From positions 1 to 20,749 of the forward strand of contig JBFFSH010000042.1 in assembly GCA_041572575.1 (NCBI GenBank): 20,749 bases of DNA, read 5' to 3'. Position numbers and translations under genes: made by a program. Shown one piece after another: positions 9,238-17,944 of the stretch (the stretch's first letter is position 1; every line of letters starts with the position of its first letter). The notes beneath the pieces are model-generated. The model saw only the letters and a list, made by a program, of their open reading frames with translations, ran no database searches and was not told the DNA's origin. The DNA is from Thermodesulfobacteriota bacterium. Its GTDB lineage: Bacteria > Desulfobacterota_D > UBA1144 > Nemesobacterales > N074bin48.

Positions 9238-10092
9238 ATGGGCAAAATAATAAATATGGTAGGCATTGTTGGATCAGGAACCATGGGCTCGGGTATTGCG
9301 CAGCTTGTGGCTGCTTCAGGTTACGAGATAGTCCTAATTGATTTAAACGATGAACTGCTTAAAAAATCGGTATCCAGTATTAATAAGAACCTCTCTAGAC
9401 TTGTGGACAAAGAAAAGATCACAAAAGAGATCCACCAGCAAATTCTAAAAAGAGTTAATACATCTACAAACCTTGATAATCTTTCTAGCTGTGATCTGGT
9501 CATAGAAGCTGTATCTGAGAATATCGACATAAAAAGAGAACTATTTGTAAAGTTAAATGCGGTCGTAAAAAAAGACTGCATCATCGCATCCAACACCTCC
9601 ACCCTGTCTATAACCGAGCTTGCCATGTTTACTTCCAGGCCAGATAAAGTGGTAGGCATACATTTTTTCAATCCTGCTCCAGTTATGAAACTGGTCGAAA
9701 TAATTAAATCATTGGCCACAAGCAAACAGACCATTAAAACAGCTGAAGAGTTTATACTCAGCCTCGATAAGGACCCCGTTGTTACAAAAGACAGACCCGG
9801 GTTTATAGTGAACCGGATTTTAGTTCCAATGTTAAACGAGGCAGTATTCGCACTAGATGAACAAATGGGAACTGCTGAGGATATAGACAAAGCCATGAAG
9901 CTTGGCACTAATCACCCTATGGGACCCCTTGAGCTAATAGATTTAATCGGACTGGATGTGACACTTGATATAATGGATGTTTTATTTGCTGAATTTAAAG
10001 ATAGTAAATACCGAGCCTGCCCACTACTAAGACAAAAGGTAAGAGCTGGTCATCTGGGAAGAAAATCGGGAAGAGGATTTTATGACTATTAA
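9238..10092 (+). CDS. hbd: 3-hydroxybutyryl-CoA dehydrogenase
   Basis: Rossmann GSGTMGSGIAQ, ASNTSTLSIT, GIHFFNPAPVM, PGFIVNR, HPMGP and LGRKSGRGFY. Confidence 0.93.
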   Translation: MGKIINMVGIVGSGTMGSGIAQLVAASGYEIVLIDLNDELLKKSVSSINKNLSRLVDKEKITKEIHQQILKRVNTSTNLDNLSSCDLVIEAVSENIDIKRELFVKLNAVVKKDCIIASNTSTLSITELAMFTSRPDKVVGIHFFNPAPVMKLVEIIKSLATSKQTIKTAEEFILSLDKDPVVTKDRPGFIVNRILVPMLNEAVFALDEQMGTAEDIDKAMKLGTNHPMGPLELIDLIGLDVTLDIMDVLFAEFKDSKYRACPLLRQKVRAGHLGRKSGRGFYDY

Positions 10093-10109
10093 TTTAAGGA
10101 GAGAATAAG

Positions 10110-10892
10110 ATGTCAGAAAATATTATTTATAAAAAGATCAAGCCTAACATTGGTCTTTTAACGATCAATAGAGAAAAAGCTCTGAACACACTCAGCCTTG
10201 AAACCGTTACCGAGCTAAAAGAATTCATAGACAATCAACTTCCAAAAGAAGAAATAAGAGTATTAATAATCACTGGTTCTGGCAAAAAAGCATTTGTGGC
10301 CGGGGCCGATATTTCACAGATGAAAGAGATGAACAAGGATGAATTTAAAAACTACTGCGAAATATCTCACGGCAACTTTAATAATCTGCAAAAATTAATA
10401 ATTCCGGTTATAGCCGCCATAAACGGATATGCGCTTGGAGGTGGTAGCGAACTTGCGCTTGCCTGTGATATCAGAATAGCTTCGGATAATGCTAAATTAG
10501 GCTTTCCGGAAACAAAGCTTGGATTGTTTCCTTGCTGGGGAGGTTCTCAAAGAGCGCTTAGACTACTTGGAATTGCAAAGGCAAAAGAGCTAATTTTCAC
10601 TGGGGAGATGATATCCGCAGAACAGGCAGCAGAAATCGGCATGGTAGATAAGGTAGTAAAACAGGATGATCTCATGGACGAAGTGGTTTCTATTGCAGAG
10701 AAAATATCTGGTAACAGCCCACTTGCAGTTGGATACGCTAAAGAAATGATAAATAGCGGTCAGGATTTGGTGTTATCTGAATCACTTGAGCTGGAGCTTC
10801 AAAAAGGGATTGAGTGTTTTGATTCATATGACAGGCAAGAAGGTATGAGTGCATTTATAGAAAAAAGAACTGCTGAATTTAAGGGGACCTAA
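10110..10892 (+). CDS. crt: Enoyl-CoA hydratase (crotonase)
   Basis: Motifs AFVAGADI, AAINGYALGGGSELALACD and GFPETKLG; both catalytic Glu residues are present. Confidence 0.9.
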   Translation: MSENIIYKKIKPNIGLLTINREKALNTLSLETVTELKEFIDNQLPKEEIRVLIITGSGKKAFVAGADISQMKEMNKDEFKNYCEISHGNFNNLQKLIIPVIAAINGYALGGGSELALACDIRIASDNAKLGFPETKLGLFPCWGGSQRALRLLGIAKAKELIFTGEMISAEQAAEIGMVDKVVKQDDLMDEVVSIAEKISGNSPLAVGYAKEMINSGQDLVLSESLELELQKGIECFDSYDRQEGMSAFIEKRTAEFKGT

Positions 10893-10893
10893 A

Positions 10894-12087
10894 ATGGAAA
10901 AAGTCGTACTTTGTAATCCACTGAGAACTGCAATTGGTACATTTGGAGGAACGTTAAAGGATACAAGTGCAGTTGATCTGGGAATAACCGTTGTTAAAGA
11001 AATATTAAATCAATCCAGTCTGGACCCTAAAAATATTGATGACTGTATCATGGGAAACATCCTGGGAGCAGGCCTTGGTCAAAATCCATCCAGACAAATT
11101 GCTATCAATTCAGGACTCCCCGTAGAAACTCCCGCTTTAACTTTAAATAGGCTCTGCGGTTCCGGTCTTCAGTCTGTTATATTTGCAGCTCAGGCAATAA
11201 AGGCTGGGGATGCGGACTGTATCGTGGCTGGCGGCATTGAAAATATGAGCCAGGCTCCTTTTTATCTTAAGAAGGCACGCTGGGGCTATAAAATGGCAAT
11301 GCCAAAAGAAGAAATTATTGACGGTATGGTCTACGATGGACTATGGGATATATTCGGTGATTATCATATGGGTATAACCGCCGAAAACCTTGCCGAGCAG
11401 TACAATATATCAAGAGAGAGGCAGGATGAATTTGCTTACAATAGCCAAATGAAAACTAAACAGGCACAGGAAGATGGGAAGTTTGATTCTCAGATTGTGC
11501 CTATTTCTATTCCCAAAAGAAGTGGTGAATATACTGAATTTAAAACAGACGAACACCCAAGGGGTGACGTTACAATCGAATCACTGAATAAATTAAAACC
11601 CGTATTCAAAAAAGACGGCACAGTAACAGCCGGAAATGCTTCAGGCATAAATGACAGTGCAGCCGCAATAATAGTTTGTTCAGAATCAAAGGCATCTGAG
11701 CTGGATTTAGAACCTCTTGCATTTATAAGGTCATATACACTTGCTGGAGTGGATCCTTCTATAATGGGTATCGGACCCGTGCCCGCAATTCAAAAAGCCC
11801 TAACAAAAGCAAACCTATCAATAGATGATATAGACTTATTTGAATTAAATGAAGCTTTCGCAGCACAGTCCTTAGCATGCCTAAGTGATCTTCCGATTCC
11901 TGAGAATAAGCTCAATGTAAACGGCGGCGCTATTGCTCTTGGTCATCCCATTGGAGCATCAGGGGCAGTAATACTGGTTAAATTACTTCATGAACTAAAA
12001 CAAAGAAAAGAGGCTAAACTTGGCCTCTGTTCACTTTGTATAGGCGGCGGAATGGGCATTGCTACGGTAGTTGAAAAAATTAAGTAA
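10894..12087 (+). CDS. thlA: Acetyl-CoA C-acetyltransferase (thiolase)
   Basis: Motifs NRLCGSGL (catalytic Cys), NEAFA, GHPIGASG and CIGGGMG. Confidence 0.93.
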   Translation: MEKVVLCNPLRTAIGTFGGTLKDTSAVDLGITVVKEILNQSSLDPKNIDDCIMGNILGAGLGQNPSRQIAINSGLPVETPALTLNRLCGSGLQSVIFAAQAIKAGDADCIVAGGIENMSQAPFYLKKARWGYKMAMPKEEIIDGMVYDGLWDIFGDYHMGITAENLAEQYNISRERQDEFAYNSQMKTKQAQEDGKFDSQIVPISIPKRSGEYTEFKTDEHPRGDVTIESLNKLKPVFKKDGTVTAGNASGINDSAAAIIVCSESKASELDLEPLAFIRSYTLAGVDPSIMGIGPVPAIQKALTKANLSIDDIDLFELNEAFAAQSLACLSDLPIPENKLNVNGGAIALGHPIGASGAVILVKLLHELKQRKEAKLGLCSLCIGGGMGIATVVEKIK

Positions 12088-12122
12088 CTCTATATTACAT
12101 ATATCTGTATCACTCCCGATTC

Positions 12123-12965
12123 TTATTCGACTTTCGGATGTATTTCATGGCCGCAACGTTTGCAAAAAACGGCGTCCATATCGTGTCCGCCTGCATTACA
12201 GTGCAGACATACCTGAGTAGACAAATTTCCTTTAAATGCATTTGCAATTTCCACAGTTACAATACCGGTGGGAATAGCAATAATACTGTAGCCGATAATC
12301 ATGATTATGGATGCAATGAATTTGCCAAGGTTGGTAACCGGAGCTACATCTCCATAACCGACTGTAGTGATTGTCACAATTGCCCAGTAAATGCTCTTAG
12401 GAATGCTCGAAAATCCGTTTTTTTCGCCCTCCACAAGATACATAATAGAGCCAAGAATGATTACAAGTGTTAGTACTGTCATGAGAAAAACAAATATCTT
12501 TCTTCTGCTGGCTACAAGCGCCTGCAAAAGAAGGGTGGACTCACCTACATAATGGGCAAGTTTCAGCACCCTGAATATCCTTAATATTCTAAGCAAACGA
12601 ACCACCAGGAAATACTGCGAGCCCGGAAGAAGAAGACTCAGATAAGTTGGGACTATCGCCAAAAGATCTACGATTCCAAAAAAGCTTATGGCATATTTAA
12701 TCCTGTTTCCTACACAGTATAGACGAAGCACATATTCAATTGTAAAAACTATGGTAAAAAACCATTCTGCCAGATAGAGCAGGTTGCCATATTGCTCACG
12801 GAATGATCTTACGCTGTCGAGCATGACAAAAATAACGCTAAGAACGATACAGGAGATTAGGACAATATCGAAAATCTTGCCAAGGAAGGTATCGGCTTCG
12901 AATATTATCTCATGAAGCTTAAACCTTGTGGTTGAAATTGAATTGTTTTCCGGCTTGGTGTCCAT
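12123..12965 (-). CDS. 6-TM voltage-gated-type potassium channel with C-terminal Zn-ribbon
   Basis: S4-like RLLRILRIFRVLK, selectivity filter TTVGYGD, and C-terminal CLHC...CKRC. Confidence 0.92.
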   Translation of the reverse strand: MDTKPENNSISTTRFKLHEIIFEADTFLGKIFDIVLISCIVLSVIFVMLDSVRSFREQYGNLLYLAEWFFTIVFTIEYVLRLYCVGNRIKYAISFFGIVDLLAIVPTYLSLLLPGSQYFLVVRLLRILRIFRVLKLAHYVGESTLLLQALVASRRKIFVFLMTVLTLVIILGSIMYLVEGEKNGFSSIPKSIYWAIVTITTVGYGDVAPVTNLGKFIASIIMIIGYSIIAIPTGIVTVEIANAFKGNLSTQVCLHCNAGGHDMDAVFCKRCGHEIHPKVE

Positions 12966-13013
12966 TACATAATATTAATGAATATTTGAAGTTATTAAAA
13001 ATGAAATGATAAT

Positions 13014-13886
13014 TTAATCTATACGAAACACAGCACAAACCCATTCATCATCCTGTATTGTATCAACAAGTGTAAAACCCGACTTTTCATAGGCTAATTT
13101 TATTTCTTTAACCCTAAAGTCCTGGAAACCGGATAATATAGCTCTTCCATTATTATTTAACCTGGATTTTATTTCGTCACTCATGCTAATGAGAGGCTCT
13201 GCATAAACATTTGCAAGGATCAAATCAAACTTGCCCTGTATATCTTTTATCTCACAGCACTTGGTTGTGAATTTTCCTGAAATCCGGTTTCTTTCCATAT
13301 TCTGGTGTGTCTCATCAATTGAAACAGGGTCGACATCGAAAGCCAAAACCTCATTTACGCCCAGCTTATAAGCTGCAATTGATAAAATTCCGCTTCCGCA
13401 GCCTACATCCAGTACGCTCTCTATCTTTTCATTTGTAATGATTTTTTCTGCTGCTTCAAGGCATAGCCTTGTTGATTCATGATGCCCTGTTCCAAATGCC
13501 ATGGATGGGTTTATTTCTATAACAATTTCATCATTTTGTGTATCGTGCTCCTCCCATGGTGGTCTTATGATAATTCGGTCAGTAACCCTTACAGTTTTTA
13601 GAATATCCCTCCAGACCTGCCATTTGGATTCATCAATTTCTTCTACATTAAACTCCCCAAGATACAGCTTGCCATATTCACCTTCAAGAACAGCCACATA
13701 GTTTTTTATCTTATAAATAACCTCGTTCATATTTGTGAAGTTTGGATAGTAAGAATTTATCTCAGATTTTGAATCATCAATAAAATCCTCAGCTACACCA
13801 ATGGCTCCGACACCGGAGAGAAAATCGGACATCATATCGGAATGTGTTTTGCTAAACTCAAAGGAAAGCTTTGTAAGATTAAACAT
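13014..13886 (-). CDS. prmA: Ribosomal protein L11 methyltransferase
   Basis: Motifs IRPPWE, INPSMAFGTGHHESTRLC, VLDVGCGSGILSIAA and DLILANV. Confidence 0.93.
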   Translation of the reverse strand: MFNLTKLSFEFSKTHSDMMSDFLSGVGAIGVAEDFIDDSKSEINSYYPNFTNMNEVIYKIKNYVAVLEGEYGKLYLGEFNVEEIDESKWQVWRDILKTVRVTDRIIIRPPWEEHDTQNDEIVIEINPSMAFGTGHHESTRLCLEAAEKIITNEKIESVLDVGCGSGILSIAAYKLGVNEVLAFDVDPVSIDETHQNMERNRISGKFTTKCCEIKDIQGKFDLILANVYAEPLISMSDEIKSRLNNNGRAILSGFQDFRVKEIKLAYEKSGFTLVDTIQDDEWVCAVFRID

Positions 13887-13945
13887 AGAGGAGATATTTA
13901 ATATAAAAGACTCTATAGTGCAAATAATTTTGTCTTTTATTTGTA

Positions 13946-14506
13946 TTAAAGATCTTCAGCAAGCCCGTAGAAAATATTATCGCTATTCCACAGTTTTATA
14001 GAGGTTGTATTCGTATTCTTATCGGTAAGCTTTATTTTTTGTAACTCCGGATTTAGACTCGCCGCATAAAGGGTAGAGATTGAACCGTTACCCTTATGTT
14101 TTAGTTTTAGCTGAGCTGCAAGCTCACCCTGAATGGAGCAGTACCTTCCGCCGATAAGCTCATAGTCTTTTGTAAATGGAGAATCGGGTCTTACAAGTTC
14201 AAAATCAAGCTTTTTAAGCATGCCGGAAAGCTCGGCATATTCTGTGGAAAACATCTCGACAGAAAGATGCTTATTATGATTCATCTCAATTTCTTTTATT
14301 ACCCTTTTAGTTAAAAGATAGCCATCAAAATAAAATACCGACGAAGCAAGAACGGCTATCAGCAATGATGCCGCGATAGATAAAGGAATGTAAAGTTTCT
14401 TTAAACTTGTCTTGTTGGAAGACTCCCCAAGAATTCGTTCCAGGCGGTCCTCAGACAGCGACTGAGACTCATAATACTGCTTTATACTATTATCTAGGTT
14501 ATCCAT
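13946..14506 (-). CDS. Putative single-TM anti-sigma factor
   Basis: Its ATG directly follows the ECF sigma stop (TAAATG). Short cytoplasmic N-terminus, TM helix LYIPLSIAASLLIAVLA, and an extracytoplasmic domain with LIGGRYCSIQG..AAQL. Confidence 0.75.
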   Translation of the reverse strand: MDNLDNSIKQYYESQSLSEDRLERILGESSNKTSLKKLYIPLSIAASLLIAVLASSVFYFDGYLLTKRVIKEIEMNHNKHLSVEMFSTEYAELSGMLKKLDFELVRPDSPFTKDYELIGGRYCSIQGELAAQLKLKHKGNGSISTLYAASLNPELQKIKLTDKNTNTTSIKLWNSDNIFYGLAEDL

Positions 14507-14992
14507 TTATTTAATGTCCCTGGATATTTTATCCTTATGCTCCAAGCTTCTTAATTTATCCCTGAACTTAATTTTAGACCTGTGAATCAAAGAGAGAATA
14601 GTACCCCGTGGTTTTTCCATCATATTACCTATCTCTTCTGCTGTATACTGCTCAACTGCGCTTAAAAATAAAACCTCTCTTTCAACCGGCCTCAATACCT
14701 CAAGACATATTTCGATATGTTCTGCTGATACTGATATTTCTTCATCAAATGTTTCTTGTAATTGAGAGTCCTGCTCTGCCTGTTCTGTATCAAACACAAC
14801 AAGACTCTCCCTTCTGTATTTATCTATAAAAAGAGACTTGATTGTTTTATAAAAATAGGTCTTTGAAACATCTTTGCTTTTACCTTTAATTTTTACAAAT
14901 GCTTCCTGCACCAGGTCCTCTGCGTCATGACCATTGTTTGTTAAACTAAGTGCATACCTATATCCATACTGCACAAGCTCTCTGTAATCCAT
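14507..14992 (-). CDS. ECF RNA polymerase sigma factor
   Basis: Region 2 YRYALSLT...DAEDLVQEAF...FIDKYRR; region 4 LRPVEREVLFL...YTAEEIG...PRGTILSLIHR. Confidence 0.93.
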   Translation of the reverse strand: MDYRELVQYGYRYALSLTNNGHDAEDLVQEAFVKIKGKSKDVSKTYFYKTIKSLFIDKYRRESLVVFDTEQAEQDSQLQETFDEEISVSAEHIEICLEVLRPVEREVLFLSAVEQYTAEEIGNMMEKPRGTILSLIHRSKIKFRDKLRSLEHKDKISRDIK

Positions 14993-15025
14993 ATTAGATC
15001 AGTATAACCTTCAAAGGCTATTAAA

Positions 15026-15418
15026 TCAGTTCTCCAGGTGATATTTGCGTTTGTCAGTATTTACTTTATGAACGAGCGCCTGAACTACAAAATAATCATT
15101 ACTTTTTTCGCCAACCAGAAAATCAAGGTCGTACTTATTGCCCTGAGTATCTGTAAAATCAGCACAGCTTACATAAAAATCACCTTTTTTTACAAGCCCT
15201 GCATGGAGCTCTTTGAAGTCGAGTTTAAGTAATTTTCCTTGCACTGCATCATAAATCACATATTTGCCATCAAACGTGTTAGCATTTATGTGGTTTGTCA
15301 TTGCTGTCTGAGAACCAGTTCTGGGTTTACCCTGAATTGAGGGATCGTCCCCTGCATAAACAACCATACTTAATGTTACAAACATAAGAGAAAATGCTGA
15401 TATTACTAACTTGTTCAT
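15026..15418 (-). CDS. Secreted conserved hypothetical protein (H/C/D/H motif)
   Basis: Sec signal ending VYA-G and SD AGGAGG. Motifs ELH, VSCADF, YDLDF and VHKVN. First gene of the ECF cluster. Confidence 0.8.
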   Translation of the reverse strand: MNKLVISAFSLMFVTLSMVVYAGDDPSIQGKPRTGSQTAMTNHINANTFDGKYVIYDAVQGKLLKLDFKELHAGLVKKGDFYVSCADFTDTQGNKYDLDFLVGEKSNDYFVVQALVHKVNTDKRKYHLEN

Positions 15419-15454
15419 TTACTGCCTCCTGAATTCATCAATTTTATATATATA

Positions 15455-15481
15455 AACGAATATATAGCTGTTTTGATTGCA
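15455..15481 (-). promoter_or_regulatory. ECF-type promoter candidate
   Basis: The minus strand reads TGCAATC-16 nt-CGTT, about 36 nt upstream of the ATG at 15418. This resembles the common ECF -35/-10 layout (AAC/AAT...CGT). Confidence 0.55.
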
Positions 15482-15588
15482 ATTATTTTGTATAGATGCT
15501 GAATTTAATAATTTTTTGGAATATTCTGAAACTTTTTCTATTAATTTCTCATCACATATATAAAGAATAGCATTATAAAGAGGTTACT

Positions 15589-16017
15589 ATGCATACGGGA
15601 CAAAGGATTAAAGCAATAAGATCAAAGCACTCGCTTACTCAGCATGAATTTTCCAATAGGATTGGTATTTCACCAAATTATCTGTCAGAACTGGAAACCG
15701 GTAAGGCAAAGCCTTCAAAACCCGTGTTATTAGCCCTTGAGCATAAGTATGGAGTAAACTATGAATGGCTTGTAAATGGAAAAGGCCCGGAGAGTGTCGA
15801 GCTTGAAAACAAACTAAATAACGAAGAAAGAGAGATATTAAGTATATTAAGAAATAATAGAGAGCTATATCAAACGGTAAAAAATCTATCCAATAAATAT
15901 ATCAAGAATAAAAGAATCCTTAGCAACCTTTCAGATAAAATAAATATCTCTAAAGAGCAGGCGCTTCTGCTTTTAACTACAGTGGACAAGATCAAGTCCA
16001 GGAGTAAGGCGTTTTGA
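15589..16017 (+). CDS. XRE/Cro-family HTH transcriptional regulator
   Basis: HTH RIKAIR...LTQHEFSNRIGISPNYLSELETGKAKPS followed by VNYEWLVNGKG. SD GAGG. Confidence 0.9.
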   Translation: MHTGQRIKAIRSKHSLTQHEFSNRIGISPNYLSELETGKAKPSKPVLLALEHKYGVNYEWLVNGKGPESVELENKLNNEEREILSILRNNRELYQTVKNLSNKYIKNKRILSNLSDKINISKEQALLLLTTVDKIKSRSKAF

Positions 16018-16040
16018 ATATTCTATTTATTAAAGATTAA

Positions 16041-16460
16041 TCAAAATATACATTCTCCCACTGAACCCGGTTTACACTGCTTACCATTAACCCAGTAAGT
16101 ATTATCCAATATTGCACCCTTTAATTTAATACCTGCAACAAGTGCTTTTGTAAGAAATGCTGAAGTAATTGTTGCTCCTTCCAGGTTAGCCCCCTCAAGC
16201 TTAGCCCCAAGCAGAATAGCTTCATTCAAATTAGCTCCGGAAAGATTTGCTCCTTCGAAATTTGCACCTCTTAAATTTGCACCCTGCAGGTTTGCTCCAC
16301 TTAAGTCTTTATTCTTTAGATAGACTCCTACTTTATTGCATCCCTGCCAGTTAACATTCGGACTTGCAGGATCTTCACACTTTGCAAATGATTCGTTTGC
16401 TGCAAACAAGATTAGAAATGTAACTAAAAAAACATTTCGAATAGTAATTAAAAAAGGCAT
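16041..16460 (-). CDS. Secreted pentapeptide-repeat protein
   Basis: Signal peptide ending SFA-K, about 14 A(N/D)LxG-type repeats, and Cys pairs flanking both ends of the repeats. Confidence 0.88.
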   Translation of the reverse strand: MPFLITIRNVFLVTFLILFAANESFAKCEDPASPNVNWQGCNKVGVYLKNKDLSGANLQGANLRGANFEGANLSGANLNEAILLGAKLEGANLEGATITSAFLTKALVAGIKLKGAILDNTYWVNGKQCKPGSVGECIF

Positions 16461-16471
16461 AAAAGTATCTC

Positions 16472-17341
16472 CTATTTGTTGAGCACACTCATTAAACTTG
16501 CTTCAAGAATTTCGGGCATTTGATAATTTTTATAAATTCCCATAAAACGTTTAGCAGCTTCATCCTTGTTTTTTGAACTACCTGCAATTCTATTAAAATC
16601 CTTTATATAGTTCTCGGCATCGGAAATAAGTCTCAAATCTGATACAGAACCATGCCCTGGATATATTTTCTCAACCGGTCCTATGGACCGAATATCAATT
16701 AAATGATTAAGCCAGTTTTTTGAATTGCCTTCTGCAAGCCACATATGCACTTTATTGCTCGCTAAGTCGCCACTAAATAATATCTTAAGAGACGGGATAT
16801 AAAGAACAGTATTTTCAACACTCTCACTATCTTTATAAATCTTGTAGATTAAATCAGTTTGGTCTAGTTTAATACTTATCCCACTTAATGTTTTATACCT
16901 TTTGGGGTTTTGAAACACTTGTGGATTATCGCCCCAGTACTTAGCGCTGTTTTTGATATGTTCAATAGTTTGATGCCCGCCAACTATTTCAGCATCACTA
17001 AATTTAGCTCCGATTACTTCCAGACCATAATAATGATCTGGATGCGGGTGTGTAATAATAATCTTAGACAGTTTCCTGCCTGATTGGAGAATTAGGTTTA
17101 CCACATTATGAGCATCTTCTGCATTAAACTGTGCGTCGATTAAAATTGCTTCATATTCGCCCAGGAATAAATGCGAATTACTCATAAATCCCTTGGCGGA
17201 GGCAGATTAGGTGAGTACAGATAGTTTGTTTTTAGGCTCTGGAGACCTATTTGATTGTAGATTGGTGCAGGAAAATAGAACTATAGAAAGCGCTATAATA
17301 CAGCAGCTAGAACAATTTAAAATTCTGAGTAGTATCTTAAT
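16472..17341 (-). pseudogene. MBL-fold metallo-hydrolase lipoprotein with an in-frame TAA (ORF track shows only 16472..17185)
   Basis: Motifs THPHPDHY, LFSGD and IYPGHG. The upstream frame reads IKILLRILNCSSCCIIALSIVLFSC...KLSVLT*SASAKGFMSNSHL, with TAA at 17207-17209 and no in-frame ATG upstream of it. Confidence 0.7.
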
Positions 17342-17360
17342 TGTTAATTTATTAATATAT

Positions 17361-17906
17361 TTATTTTAATACAGGATATCCATTTACATAAATCCAGTCT
17401 GTACCTTTAGCAGGTATGTGACATCCTAAACAATCCTTCTTATAATCCGTAGAGACGTCTTTTGATGGGTTATCGGCATAATACAAAGCCCATCCCCAGC
17501 CATCTCCCCACTTTGGATTATCAGCAAACCTTCCTTTTTTGTCCTTAACCATCACAAACCAAAGCACTTCTTTATCGGCTGAATGTACATTCTTACCTGT
17601 CGTCATATCAGCAGTACTAGATGATCTCAGTTCCTTAACCAATACAGCGCCGTCTGGAAATTCTCCTCCACTCTTTTTATACTTTTCAACAACCCCAGGC
17701 TGAGTATAAACGTTGTGAAAACCGTCCTTCAAACTATCCGGGTGTATCCAGGAACCCAGATACACCCATTTTTCTTTAAAATCGGTTGGACGAGTGATAT
17801 TCCCTTTGTCATCAACAATGGAAGAATATGTATCTCCAATTAAATTTTGGCTATTAAATGACACGAAAATGAACGCAGCTACGCTAGTTATAATAAAAAC
17901 TCTCAT
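17361..17906 (-). CDS. Cytochrome P460-family protein (paralogue B)
   Basis: Signal peptide; P..F...WVYLGS, FHNVY, FPDGAVLVKE, VMVKD and GWGWA motifs; C-terminal heme motif CLGCH. Confidence 0.88.
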   Translation of the reverse strand: MRVFIITSVAAFIFVSFNSQNLIGDTYSSIVDDKGNITRPTDFKEKWVYLGSWIHPDSLKDGFHNVYTQPGVVEKYKKSGGEFPDGAVLVKELRSSSTADMTTGKNVHSADKEVLWFVMVKDKKGRFADNPKWGDGWGWALYYADNPSKDVSTDYKKDCLGCHIPAKGTDWIYVNGYPVLK

Positions 17907-17944
17907 TATATTTACCTCTATAAACTTGACCAGCTATCTTTACT

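Noticed and set aside
7897..9908. Alternative ORFs within the acyl-CoA operon (7897, 8382, 8417, 8639, 9321)
   Set aside because: Shadow frames of confidently identified enzymes.
16190..16310. 15-nt periodic repeats as CRISPR or VNTR
   Set aside because: Fully explained by pentapeptide-repeat coding; there is no repeat-spacer structure.
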